From Mytilus trossulus (taxonomy: Eukaryota), in NCBI RefSeq assembly GCF_036588685.1, contig NC_086385.1:48941216-49005215 (forward strand): a stretch of 64,000 bases of DNA, in the 5' to 3' direction. The position numbers and the translations under genes are program-made. The notes beneath the pieces are model-generated. The model was given only the letters and a program-made list of their open reading frames with translations, had not been told where the DNA came from and searched no databases. Of this stretch, positions 29,696 to 42,232 are shown piece by piece. The first letter of the stretch is position 1. The number at the start of each line of letters is the position of its first letter.

Positions 29696-30094
29696 GGATG
29701 TACTTAGGTGAGGTAAGGGGAAAATTAATAAATTAAGAAGTTAAAATTGATACTATAAGCTGGTAGAGCATCAATTAAGGATAGAAATAAGCTAAAAATA
29801 TTGATAGGTCATGGACCTCCTTTTCGAGATATTTGAGATTTAAATTATGGCGGGAAAAGGCTAACTCTGACTTTTACCTTATATTTGCAGTGGTAAAATA
29901 AGGTCTCAAAACAAAAGAAAGAAAATTAAGAATCTTCTAAAATTTTGGTAAATGACCTTTCATGAGCTATTAAGTCTTGTATGAAAAAACAAATGGGTGT
30001 TTTGGAGCAAAGAATTTTACATTGTATTGTATGGGAAAACACCAAGGAGTCCGAACATTTGACACAAATTCCAAAACCTCACCTAAGTACATCC
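29696..30094. mobile_element. MITE with TTAA duplication (Kolobok-like), in the transposase intron
   Basis: TTAA-GGATGTACTTAGGTGAGG...CCTCACCTAAGTACATCC-TTAA. A diverged copy of its interior lies at ~29140-29360. Confidence 0.82.
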
Positions 30095-30888
30095 TTAATG
30101 ATGGCTCTCTATTTAAAAGTATTAATGGGGAATAGTTTTGACACACATCTCTCAAAGAAAGAAAAAAAAACGACCTAATAATATTTGTATTTGAACTTTC
30201 TGTGATTTTTTTCTGCGACTATATTTCCTGACGAGTCATAAAGGCAAGACTATGTTATGTATCAAGTTCAACACATGGTTTTATTTTAAATGTGTAGCTC
30301 ATTAATACTAACACGTTAGTTGTGACCACTGTACTAGCTTAGTGTTTGTCATTTACAGAATTTGATGAAGTATTGCATTTGACCCTAATAAAAGTACGAT
30401 TGATAACATAATTCATTAACATCATCAAATATGACTTTCTTCGTTAATAAACGGGGTGTACTCTGTATGTGCTTTTTAATTTGTCTCGTTTATGATTTTT
30501 GGCTGTTACAGCTAACCGACCTTCGCCATGTGATATAGGGAACACGTCAGATAGGCTCATCTCTTAATAAAAGTATGCACTAGATCGGCACGACAAAATA
30601 TTACTTTAGTTGCTACAATGCATGGTATCTCTTTGGAATCTGAATACTTTAACCATAAATGCTCATTATTGCAATACTTAGTTATTACATGTAGCATACA
30701 TAATTACATTGTAGTTTAACTACTGTCACATGCACATTGGACGTTGTGCATGTACTGGTAGTCTGTCTGTCTCTTCTTCTTTTCTAAATATGCAAAAGAC
30801 TGTCGGTCAAATTGATTATTTAATTTGAAATTAATAATTTCTTCTATTTAATTTTCTATGATCTATCTATATATTCAATTTTTAACAG

Positions 30889-31773
30889 GTGACAAGATCA
30901 CGTATAAGAGAGAGCTTACATCGAATTGATGAAATTGGCATAAAGGACAGAAAGAAGAGACGATTGCATAGACGAATATACAACGTGGATGGTGTTAATC
31001 ACATCTGGCATATTGACAGTAATCACAAGCTAATCCGATGGAATTTCATTGTGTTAGGGGGAATAGATGGTTTTAGCAGATTTTTGACTTTTCTTAATTG
31101 CCGTGACAATAATAAAGCAACAACAGTCCTCGATTCTTTCAAAACTGCTGTTGTAAATTACGGGTTACCTTTACGTGTGCGCTCAGATAAAGGACAGGAA
31201 AACTCATTAGTAGCTGATTTCATGATTAAAGAGCGCGGTCCAAACCGTGGAAGTATGATTACCGGGAAAAGCTGCCACAATCAGAGAATCGAAAGGTTGT
31301 GGAGAGACGTGTTCGAAGGGGTATTGTGCTACTATTATGATCTTTTTCATTTCATGGAAGAAGAGTGTTTTCTTGATATTTCAGATGACAACAAGATGTA
31401 TGCGCTGCATCACGTTTTTTTGCCAAAAATAAATGAGAAATTGAGCGTTTGGGCACAGGCATGGGGAAAACATCGCATAAGGACTGCAAAATCGTCGCCT
31501 CTCCGATTATTTACAGCAGGAATGATAAATAATCCAACAGATTTTGATATTTTGGACATTGGAAATTATGGAACTGAGGGCAATTATGAGGACAATTTTA
31601 ATGACTACGACGGTATACAAGATACAAGGCCAATTCTAGATTCCAGGGCTTTTTCAGTAAATGCAATTTGTCAAGAAGAACTTAACTTACATTGCCCCAG
31701 TAATTGGGCATCTTCATATTATGGAATCGATATTTATCACCAAGCAGTACAAATTATTGAGAGGAATTCTTAA
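30889..31773 (+). CDS. Transposase exon 2: RNase H-like DDE integrase core (IS3/IS481/IS3EU type); spliced product 447 aa
   Basis: Acceptor TTTTTAACAG|GTG at 30888/30889, phase 0, in frame with exon 1. Motifs WHIDSNHKL (D), GIDGFSR, VRSDKGQEN (D), NQRIERLWRD (E). No internal stops. Confidence 0.93.
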   Translation: MTRSRIRESLHRIDEIGIKDRKKRRLHRRIYNVDGVNHIWHIDSNHKLIRWNFIVLGGIDGFSRFLTFLNCRDNNKATTVLDSFKTAVVNYGLPLRVRSDKGQENSLVADFMIKERGPNRGSMITGKSCHNQRIERLWRDVFEGVLCYYYDLFHFMEEECFLDISDDNKMYALHHVFLPKINEKLSVWAQAWGKHRIRTAKSSPLRLFTAGMINNPTDFDILDIGNYGTEGNYEDNFNDYDGIQDTRPILDSRAFSVNAICQEELNLHCPSNWASSYYGIDIYHQAVQIIERNS

Positions 31774-34058
31774 TTGTAAAATCAATGCTTGCAACTTTTC
31801 TGTTTAAGAAACGTGTCGTGCTTCAAATTTGTTTTCAAGTCTTTTAACATTCAGATTGATTAAAAAAAGAAGCACTACTTGAGTTCGTAAAAACAAACTG
31901 AGTAAAACAGTTTACAATTTGTATTTGTATTCTATATTCCTTTTCTTTTACAATTCGGTTCAATATAGAATGTATTAAATAAGGAGATGTGGTTGATTGC
32001 ACATGAGACAAAAATTCAGCCACCGATATGAAAAATGGGAAACAATTCAAACCAGAAATTTACGGTCTACTAAAAAAAGAAAAGTTACGAAAAACAAATA
32101 TGACACACACCAACGACAACCACTGCACCACAGATTGCTGACTTGCGACATGCAAATTAGGTATATGGGTGATTTAAAACAAGTTTATGAGCGCTCTACC
32201 GTCCTCTGACCTGGGACAGTTATTTAACAGTACAATATAAAACAAACTAAAATTTAGTTGCCTTGATTAAACTCAAAACACGTACTCGCAGTTACTGAAA
32301 ACTATCTAAAAGCCAGTTACAAATGAAATAATAATCCATGCGTTTTCTGCAAGTCTTGAGTTTGAAAATAATTTTTTTTAATATTTAACACTTTACAACC
32401 CTAAATTACATACTGAAAATTCAAAATTACACACTTAGATTTTAAAAAGATACACGGAGATGAAATAAATAGAAAAAAGACACACGTAGAAGTATAAATA
32501 GATGTAAATATATTCTGAGGCGAATGCTTCTTGTATACGTTTCTTTTATAGATAGATTTCTCATAAAACCATGCAAGTACAAAGGTTACAGAGAAGTTAT
32601 ATAAGTATAGATAGAACAACCTACTCAAACACGCCTGGGCCTAAAAATGTGTACTCCACTTTCTTTTTTGATGAGATTATCAAGAGTCAGAGATGCAAAC
32701 TGATGTTTTAAGAATAAATCTGGTCTTTCTTTTAAGATTATCGGCGGTATTTATGCAAAAAAAAAATCCACGAGAATCGACTGTTTCTAGGTACCGTACT
32801 ATAGCTTAAAAGTTTACATACACACCAACGCTGAATTTGATAATATATGTAAAAATACATACAATAGATGCATTTACTCCGATATGAGGCACATTCATTA
32901 AACTTTTAAAGCCCACAGTATTAGGTGTAAACAATTCAAATTTACTTATCTCGCCTTTCTTACATTATTCTCTAACAAAGAACTTCTTTTTTTTGTGTTT
33001 TAATTTTAACTGTGTATCCGCCTACAGAAGAGTTTTGTAGCTCAATGACATTGGCCTATTCCTATTGTTACAGTAGTATATATAATAGGCATTAAATGTC
33101 ACTGCATTTTTCTCTTTGAACAGTTTGTTCAAGTGGTTTTTTTTTAAATTTTGATAAAAATGTTCACTATTTGGTTATATTTTGTGAAAGTAAAAGGGTA
33201 TTTTCTTGCTCTTTTAGTCAGGACAGTTTTTTTTCTATACGTTGAATCAATTATTTGTTTTTATTAAACATTTAACGCCATATTAAAAAATTCCGTGCGA
33301 ATTTTTCAGTTACTTCATCTCAGTTTGTAATTTTCAGTTATCAGTGTTTAATTTTTAATTTCATTGCGTAATTTTCAGTCTTTTTAATCGCAGTGTGTTT
33401 TTGTGAAATATTTCCGAGTTCAATGTCTAACTCTCAGCGTGTTTTTAAATCTCAAAATGTCGAAATTTTTCGATAGAATAGTGTTAACATAGTTTTGACG
33501 AGAGTGACTTGCGATAGAATAAGGTAGGAGAATACAAAGTACACCACTAATTCATGGTCCCATTGCTTTCTATGTTAAATTCCTCTGTTTCAAGCAGGCA
33601 CATCTCCTTTGTTTTAAGTTAAAATGAAGTGGCAATCATTGCATTTCAAAGCAATTGCATACTTTATGGTGTCTTGTACTGAAAAAAAATCAACATAATG
33701 GCATATAAGAAAGAACTGGTTCCCGGAACTTCGGATGTACCAAAACAGGTACTTTAGATCTGATAAACAGACAACATTTACCCTCTTTTTTAAATTTAGT
33801 GCAGTTTTTTTAATATTTAAAATTGAAAGTCCAAAAGTGTTCTACAATGATCACCAGTCCTCAAGCTGTCATGTGATAACAAAAATACCTAAATATTCTA
33901 CATATTTCAAAACTTACACTCATGCGTAGGAACTATCTTTGTGTTAAATATGTACTACTTTCTGATATGTGCTTTATGGCCGGGGCCGAATTAGTGGTGT
34001 AACACCTACAGATATAGTTTACAGCAGGGCTTCAAACTTTGTGATGGTTTTGAGCTTA

Positions 34059-34286
34059 CGGGGATTTCGCCTCCTACCCAGAGGTCCTCTGCCCTGGGGT
34101 GGCTGAGACTCGGTGGGGGCATTGGCTTCAAAACTCTCACCGAGTTTGAAGCCAATGACCCCCACCGAGTCTCAGCCACCCCAGGGCAGAGGACCTCTGG
34201 GTAGGACCGAGTTTTGAAGCCAATGCCCCCACCGAGTCTCAGCCACCCCAGGGCAGAGGACCTCTGGGTAGGAGGCGAAATCCCCG
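34059..34286. repeat. GC-rich foldback: one ~70-bp unit followed by two inverted copies
   Basis: TCCTACCCAGAGGTCCTCTGCCCTGGGGTGGCTGAGACTCGGTGGGGGCATTGGCTTCAAAACTC, then its reverse complement twice in tandem. Confidence 0.9.
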
Positions 34287-34364
34287 AAAGATCACGCGAT
34301 GATTGCAGCTTCCCAGTGGTGAATTTTTCATTGCTATGTAGCAAAATTCTAATAAAACCTTCAT

Positions 34365-34700
34365 ATGAGTATATCTCCCAGTTGATGTGATATAATCATT
34401 TTTTTCCATCATGATTTCCTTGAATGAAGTCGCTACTTACAAGGGACCAAGAGTTCAAAGCGGTGAAATTGAAATCATCCCTTTTCAAGCAAATTTCCTA
34501 TAGTCATCACGAGTTAGTTGGTTTCTTTCTACTCATACACGACGGATGTCACATGCGGAATGTTAAATGCTTACTATTCTGTAGACCAGGGTTCGCTTTT
34601 CGCCTTCGTTTTCAGATGGGGTTCAAATTGCCTTCTGTAGTTATCTATGAAGCCTTTCATGTACTGTTTTATAGTTTCGACCATTTTCTTCTTTTGAAAT
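34365..34700 (+). pseudogene. Degenerate fragment of a related Penelope-like RT 3' region
   Basis: TATATCTCCCAGTTGAT, ACCAAGAGTTCAAAGCGGTGAAATTGAAATCATCCCTT and CATCACGAGTTAGTTG resemble 52435-52600. Confidence 0.65.
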
Positions 34701-34708
34701 GGGTTGTC

Positions 34709-35153
34709 TTTTTATGCCCCACCTACGATAGTAGAGGGGCATTATGTTTTCTGGTCTGTGCCTCCGTTCGTTGGTCCGTCCGTCTGTGCGTCCGTCCCCA
34801 TTTAGGTTAAAGTTTTTGGTCAAGGTAGTTTTCGATGAAGTTGAAGTCCAATCAACTTGAAACTTAGTAAACATGTGCCCTATGATAATATGATCTTTTT
34901 AATTTAAATGCCAAATTAGAGTTTTGACCCAAATTTTACGGTTCACTGAACATAGAAAATGATAGTGCAAAGTTCAGGTTAAAGTTTTTGGTCAAGGTAT
35001 TTTTTGATAAAGTAGAAGTCCAATCAACTTGAAACTTAGTGTACATGTTCCCTTTGATAACATCATTCTAATTTTAATGCCAAATTAGAGAATTTATTCC
35101 AATTTGATAGTGCCAGTGGGGCATCCGTGTACTGTGGACACATTCTTGTTTTT
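34709..35153 (+). mobile_element. Non-autonomous Helentron-like (HINE-type) repeat
   Basis: TTTTATGCCCCACC...GGGGCAT sub-terminal IR, (TCCG)n microsatellite, duplicated core and 3' hairpin GTGTACTGTGGACAC, ending CTTGTTTT. Second copy at 53809-54062. Confidence 0.7.
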
Positions 35154-36530
35154 CAAGTGATGAGTTTGTATACAACTTTGAGATTTTCAGTCTCTCATTA
35201 AATTTCTTTTTTCAAGGTGATTTCATTGTCCTGATTTAGAATTTAATTGTCTTTTGATATAGAGAATAATGTCCGAAACCAGATACTTTAGAATATGGTT
35301 AAATGGAGATGATATCATGGTAAATCAATCTATCATAAAAAAATTAATCCAAACCTTATAAAAATAGTGAAAAAGCAAGTTCTTTAACAAGTATTTTAAC
35401 TTCATATAATTTTCACACCTTCATACGAGAACATTTCGATATTGGACGCATGACATAAATTATTTGCATAGATGCACAGGTGCATGTGACATACGAAATA
35501 AAAGCAACACATATTATATCACAGGAGATACTAAATTGCTTTAAAAAGTATTCTAAGTAGAATATTCACTGTAGATTGAAAGTTTGACAAAATGCATGCA
35601 TGTGCCTGTCTGTCCCAAGTCAGGAGCCTTTAATTCAGTGGTTGTCGTTTGTTTATGTGTTACATATTTGTTTTATGTACATTTATTTATTTATATAAGG
35701 CAATAGTTTTTTTCGTTTGAAATGTTTTACATTGTCAGATCCGGGCCTTTTATGGCTGACTATGCGGTGTATGGGTTTTGCTCATGGTTGAAGGCCCGCG
35801 TACGATGACCTATATTTGTTAATTTCTGTGTCATTTTGTTCTCTCGTGGAGAGTTGTCTTATTGGCAATCATACCACATCTTCTTTTTGATATGTGAGGT
35901 AAAACAAGAACATAGATTTCAATGAAACCCCATCTTAAAAAGTTTAATAAAACTCGGTCCACGTGAAGATTCAGAAGAAATAATTCTTTTCTCTCTACAG
36001 TGTTAAGTAAAAACAATCATATGCCTGAAATTTTAGAGTCAAGAGCAATGACTCTATAGTTTAACAAAATATAAGCATGGGAACAAGCTTCATACATGAG
36101 TTACAAAATAATGAAACTAATTGTTCAATCGTCAAAGTAAAACACAAGACTTCATACAATCTTAGACGTCATTAACAAATTTCTAACCATAATTATAGTC
36201 CTGATACAATTATTATATATGAACACTTCCATGCTTTAGATAAATGTCTTAGATAGAACAGTTTTTCATTTACTGCTGTTAAGAACTGATTCAAGGAACT
36301 GTCATTTTTGACATATATATAATATACAATACTGGAATGTATTGACTCCTGTTCAATCAAGCTAAGGGAAATTACAAACACTCAAATCATATTTGAAGTA
36401 CATAAATTTTTAAAATCTGTCTTAATATCTTTCTAATAGTATAAACACATGTTCTATACGAGGAGCAGTGTTTTCTATTTCTGCTAGTAATTAACAAAAT
36501 ACACATAATGTAATTGAACTCAAGATCTGA

Positions 36531-36787
36531 CTACTGCAATCCATAGTAAGCATTGCAGAAAGCGTAATCGAAAAAGTTAAACAAGACATCTTCTTCAGGA
36601 AGCTTCCCTCCATTCTCTGGAACTGTTAGCATTAGTCGGTTGATGCACGTATTGCCTGTGGGTAGATGTGATTTACGCTCTGAAAAATGTAGACTTGGGT
36701 GCAATGTAAACCCTAATATTGGTTCCTCTTCCACACTGGTTGCAAATTTCAGAACTTTGGCTAAGTTAACATCGCCCCTTCTTCCAC
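36531..36787 (-). CDS. SAM-HECT gene exon 6 (HECT C-lobe with catalytic Cys); spliced product 633 aa
   Basis: (S)GRRGDVNLAKVLKFATSVEEEPILGFTLHPSLHFSERKSHLPTGNTCINRLML...NAYYGLQ*. LPTxNTCxNxLxL is the HECT active-site motif. The six exons sum to 1902 nt (634 codons including the stop). Confidence 0.9.
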
Positions 36788-37531
36788 CTAAAACAAAATA
36801 AATTCATATTATGGGAGATGTGAATCGAAAATCTGAAATATAGTAAGGTTCATACAAGCCTATACTAGATGCACAGTACCTCCATAGGATTCATTTAAAA
36901 ATTGTTCTTCGATAGCAAAAGTGGTTGATACTCGGCAACAGATGAACTTAAACCGTGCTTTTTTGGGCCCTACATATTTTGATTCGTACATTGCTCAAAA
37001 TATATATGGGATGATTCGAAAATTGATGTTACAGACACTTTGAAAAGATTGAATTGATACGCCTTTGTGCATGTGTTACATAGCGGTCAAAGGGTTTTGA
37101 TGAAGTAGAATAACCACTGGATTATTCTTTTTGCATGGTATAAAAACTTCATTAGTATGTCTTATGGACTGGACAATCTATTTGTTAAGCTCCTCTCATT
37201 TTTTTATAATCTGATATTATTTTGTTTTTCACAGTAAATTTCGCGTTTTTCTGTGTCATATTAATGTAAATATACCAGATGTACATTGTAACATGTATTT
37301 TCTCTGTGCTATCAAATCCTATTTCACTATCAACAGCGGGTTCTGATAACTTTAAACAAGTATATTGGTTTAGTGATCGACGTGAATAGGTCCTGTACCT
37401 AAGTACCTATGTCAATTATAGGAGTTTAAAAACTACTGAAGCGACGAAAAGACTTGGACTCGTACCAAATGAGTATTCCATTACGTTTACTATAAGTCAT
37501 AAATTCGGATATTATTAAATCTAATACTTAC

Positions 37532-37709
37532 TAGCAGCTTCTCTTAAATATTTAAGAAATTTAGAATAGACTTTTTTTTCGGCTTTCATTCGATTTGACC
37601 CCTCTGCAGCAAACTCAGGCTTCAATAAAGTTGTTATTTTCTTGAAAGTGATCGGGGTTGGTTGAATTGGTGTGAACAAGTGGATTAATGAGGGTAAACT
37701 TCTGACCAA
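37532..37709 (-). CDS. SAM-HECT gene exon 5
   Basis: LVRSLPSLIHLFTP...LLKPEFAAEGSNRMKAEKKVYSKFLKYLREAA. Acceptor TTTTCAG, donor A|GTAAGT, phases 0 and 1. Confidence 0.88.
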
Positions 37710-38507
37710 CTGAAAAGAAAAAAAAAACAAGAGAGTAAATTGGTGCACGCACCACATTTTTGGGCCGGTAATATGGAGGTTTTTGGTATAAAAAAAAGTG
37801 CATAGTATAATCTGTATATTGAGATGACTCAAATCTTAAATTGCCAGAACTGGTTCATTCGAATAACTAGTAGTTATTTGATAATGCTATAAGATGTTAT
37901 TTTATATTGTGCAGTTGATGAAATCGAATATATTTTAATTGAAGCTAATGAAAAGGAATATCATCGAATTCATTTTCACGAGTTGATTTCGAAACTCAGC
38001 ACTATCAAAAATGCATATACTGACAAAATATTTGTATTCCTCATCTCAGATATGGATTTAAACGCAGCCTTTCATCTCATTTGTTCATCCATGAACATTA
38101 TGTGAAAGACAACATATTTTTAGGACCCTCGATTCTGACTATTAAAGACTCATCTCCTGATAAAATATCATTCTTTCTTTACGAGTTGTATCTCAGATAT
38201 GAACCCTATCATAAACCTTTAATCAGTCACTCATTTGTGAAATGTAGGTCAAGACTACCCTATTTTTATCAGTATCTCTTGTTTTTTAAGGCACATCTAT
38301 GAACAAAATATCAAGAACTTATTACTAAGTCTTATACTAGAATATATATTTGCTAAGAGGCCAGTTAAAGGACACCTCCGGGAGCGGGAATTTCTCGCTG
38401 TATTGAAGACCAGTTGGTGACCTTCTGCTCAGTGTTGTCTGCTCTATGGTCGGGTTGCTGTCTCTTTGACACATTCCCCATTTCAATTCTCAATTTTATA
38501 GCTGTAC

Positions 38508-38644
38508 CTGATAAAATCCCAAAGAATCAAGACCCCTGCGAAGGTCTTTTACAAATTGCCTTGGTTCCTCCGTATCAAAAAGTTCTTCTATCAGATCTGT
38601 TGTCATGATTCGTGGTAGAGCTCCATTCTGAAGGATGCTGAGAG
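38508..38644 (-). CDS. SAM-HECT gene exon 4
   Basis: Hand translation (A)LSILQNGALPRIMTTDLIEELFDTEEPRQFVKDLRRGLDSLGFYQ. Acceptor TTCTAG, donor CAG|GTACAG, phases 1 and 0. Confidence 0.85.
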
Positions 38645-39196
38645 CTAGAACAGAAGCATTGTATATTAAAATACAGAGTAGTTGAGACTGTTATTTAAAA
38701 ATAACATTTTTCAATTATTTCGTTATCTTGCTTTATGTTCCAAGCTTAAATATAATACATGATAAGTGTGTTTATACCCTTTAAAATAATACCCAAGAAT
38801 TAAGTAAGAGATATATTGGGTGTTACCATGAGATGTCATACAGGTGTAGTTGCCGCAGAGATTTCTGGACACGTACATTCTGCGTGTGACTGATATCCGA
38901 ACTTATTACGTATAGATACGCAAATATTATCGAGTGCAAAATAACATTACTTACTTATGAAAATATGTTTTAAAAAAACATTTATAAGTAGATCATATAA
39001 AAATGTTTTGTCGAGAAATATATAAATATCTATACGAATGAATGAGAAGACCGCTCTTCCTCCCACAATAAATTTCGACTTACAAAATTTAATCAGTCAG
39101 CAAAAAAAATTGATCCGAAACTAATTACGAGCTAAGTAATCTAGATAATAGATGTAGCGAGAAGAACATATGCATAATCTAGTGAGAAATAATTAC

Positions 39197-39323
39197 CAAA
39201 TATCTTCCCAATAACCTCATAATCTTTTGACCACTCCTTAACTGGATCAAAATACTTCTGTTTGATATCTCTCATTAGAATTGCAAAAAATTCCTTTCGT
39301 GGTCCACCCAAATCAACTGCACC
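39197..39323 (-). CDS. SAM-HECT gene exon 3 (HECT N-lobe)
   Basis: Hand translation GAVDLGGPRKEFFAILMRDIKQKYFDPVKEWSKDYEVIGKIF contains the HECT D-x-GGPxxEFF motif. AG/GT boundaries, phases 0 and 1. Absent from the ORF track. Confidence 0.9.
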
Positions 39324-39428
39324 CTAAAATAGAGATTTTTTTTTTGTAAATATTGCATTGGAAGAGCCCGACATTGAAAACATTAAATGTTACTATCTAA
39401 CCAAATGTTAAGATGTGGTCACATCTAT

Positions 39429-40377
39429 AGCGACGGTCACACCTTACCGGATAGCACGAACGGACGCCTAACGGATGAAAATAAAAGTTGTCCGTTGACA
39501 AAAAAGTTATCCGTAGAGAGTCCGTTAATGGACTGACCGAATAAAACGGACGTGTAACGGATCATGCATAACGGACACACACCGGATATGCAACGTACGA
39601 GAAACGGACACGTTCCGGACTGAACGGATGTCGAACATACATCCAACGGACGAGTAACGCATAAAACGGACACCTAACGGAAGCGTACCGGATAAAATGA
39701 ATGAACAAGATATCCGGAAAAACCAAAGGCGACAATGATAATAAATGTAAATCGCATAAATATTCAAATGTTTCTGGTTATGGTTTATTCTTTAAAATTC
39801 CGCCAAAATGCAGTGTCTGGCCTGAATAAGAACTGCTTGATTGTGAAGACGTGACTTTACTCTAAGATCGATTATGAATGATAAGAATTCATGAACCTTA
39901 AGAAATCTGACATACCAATAATTGGCATTTCAGACGCGAAATTTTTAATTTGCATTTATCCGTTTCATATCCGTTTTATCCGTTAAACGTCCGGTAGAAG
40001 TCCGTTTCTCATCCGTTCGACATCCGTTAAACGTCCGGTAGAAGTCCGTTGGTGAATTAATCTTCCAGACGTCCCACGGACACGTAACGGTTACAAAACG
40101 GAAACGAAACGGACGAGTATCGTATAAAACGAACGCATAACGGATGTTCAACGGACATTTTATCCGTTGGACGTCCGTTCAAAGTTTTGAACATGCTAAA
40201 AAAATTCCAACGGACAGAACGGACGTCGACGGATAAAACGTACGCTTAACGGACATGCAACGGATATGGTCGGACGTCTAACGGATAAAAACGGACGTCT
40301 AACGGACATGAACGGATTGAAAAAAAGTTATCCGTTAGGCGTTCGTTCGAGCTATCCGGTAAGGTGTGACCGAGGCT
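39429..40377. mobile_element. Non-autonomous TIR element rich in AACGGA motifs (Harbinger- or Kolobok-like), in SAM-HECT intron 2
   Basis: CGGTCACACCTTACCGGATAGC...GCTATCCGGTAAGGTGTGACCG with ~45-bp imperfect TIRs; the TSD is ambiguous. Confidence 0.78.
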
Positions 40378-41219
40378 TAACTGGTTTTGGTTTGTTTCTC
40401 AAAATGTCGCCAAAGGGTAAAGTGTCTGGCCTGAAAAAGAGCTACAGGTTAGTATTTGCTAATCATTTTCATAGAAGCAGATGCATATGTGTTTTCCTCG
40501 CATAGGATTTCCATGGATATCTGCCATCTTTACCACTTTATCGACATCATTTTTATAACGTTTCAAAACATTTAATGTGCACAAATCATTTTTAACTAAC
40601 TGTAAAAAAAATTATGTTGTATAGTTCTTAGAAAGAAAGTGAAAAACAGAAGAAGATGAATATAAAAGATTTAATAACGACGACAGATGTAATACATAGT
40701 AGGTTATATATATAAGTGAAAGTGAACAATTGAAAGCCCAGCTCCTGCTGGAGTAGGAAGGGAGTACATCGGTACATGACTAAGTAACATTAATGTTAAC
40801 CATTATTTATCCTGGTATATTGATGATTTGGACAAATTTGATCTGGCGGTCAATGCCACCGTCTTTAATGGTAAACGTTGTGACGTAAATGCCAAAAATA
40901 AGTTAAGAAGTTTAAACGACATATTTTGGTTAAAACATTGTACATGGAATATTCATATCAAGTAAATTTTGAATAATTTCACTGCTACAGAAGAGTGGGT
41001 TCATACTCCGTTCGGGGAAGAACCTAGGATGAACTTTATCAATAGCTGGGGATAAATCTCAGACTAAATACTTTTCTTTTGTGTTTCAAAATTAACAATG
41101 GTATAATTTATAGGCTTTGTTTAATATATTGCCTCATCTTGTCATAAACATTTTGCATGGGCTACATTGCATATGGTATACTAGTAATTGAAATTAATGA
41201 TACAAGTATAAAACTATAC

Positions 41220-42232
41220 CTCCTCATAAAACTGTACTTGCAAAGTCAATCTAAGATCTGTAAGGGCAGTTATCTCTTCAAAAGCCGATTGCAACAAAGT
41301 ATCCCTATCAACCAAAATAAAATTGGTTTCACCATCATTAGTTGTGGCATCATCTGAAAGATCCAGGTCTCGGCCACAAACAATTTTCTCTTGTATGTGC
41401 CGAAGAATGTCAACAGGATCTGTTACCTCATGTTCGGTACAGAAATCTATGCAAGAGTTTATTGTTCGCTTCAATAGATCTTCAGTCTGTCCCGTCATTT
41501 CAGTAGTGGTTTCATTATTATTTCTAGCTAAATGCAAAGGTGGAAGATCTTCATCTGAATTGTCAACCGAATCAAATTCTGTTGGAAGGTTAAAACTAGA
41601 TGTGCTTTGTATTTCTGCAAAAGGTTCTGTTGACTGTACATTTTGTACATTATCATCACAATCCTTCAAATGATCTCTAAGATCTGTTATCAGAATATCT
41701 TTTTCGCAAAATCTGCATTTTTCTTTTATTTCCGATGTATTTGCAATCTGGACAACGGGACTTGCACTCATTGATAAGTTTGCTTGAATTGGTCGAATGT
41801 AAATTTTAGATTGACCACCAATTATTGACCTCAAACTTTCTGGTGTATATTTACTAGATATGATTTCTAGTAATCTGCAATTGCTTTGGCATCGTAGAAG
41901 CTCAAACCCACCACAATCTCGCAACTTGTTGAATCCTTCCTCGCTAAATAGTTTTTTTGTGAAGAGCTCTTCACTATCATCTAAGCAAAATTGTATTTTC
42001 TTGTTTCCCAAGCCTGCTCTTTTCAGCACCACCTTTTCTTCTCCGGTAGGCGTTTTAATGGCGTCTCTGTTGGACAGACAGACGAACTCACAAGTCCATG
42101 TCCTGGGTTTTTTATTCTTCTGTCTGCTACTAGTGGTAGCAGTAAATCTGGACCTAGATGGTCTAAACAATGAAATTCTTTCTTCAAGATTCTGTGCAAT
42201 TCTATCTTCACCTCTCTGTGGGCGAGTATGTG
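41220..42232 (-). CDS. SAM-HECT gene exon 2: conserved globular domain, CxxC-HxxxC zinc finger, acidic linker, start of HECT
   Basis: Acceptor TTTTTTAG|CA. Open frame includes WTCEFVCL...AGLG...GGFELLR...KIYIRPIQ, CRFCEKDILITDLRDHLKDC and ILVDRDTLLQSAFEEI...LQVQFYEE. Donor GAG|GTATAG, phase 0. Confidence 0.88.

Noticed and set aside
30889-31773. Bacterial IS or LTR-retrotransposon integrase
   Set aside because: The gene has a spliceosomal intron, has no gag/RT/LTR context, and lies within long TIRs.
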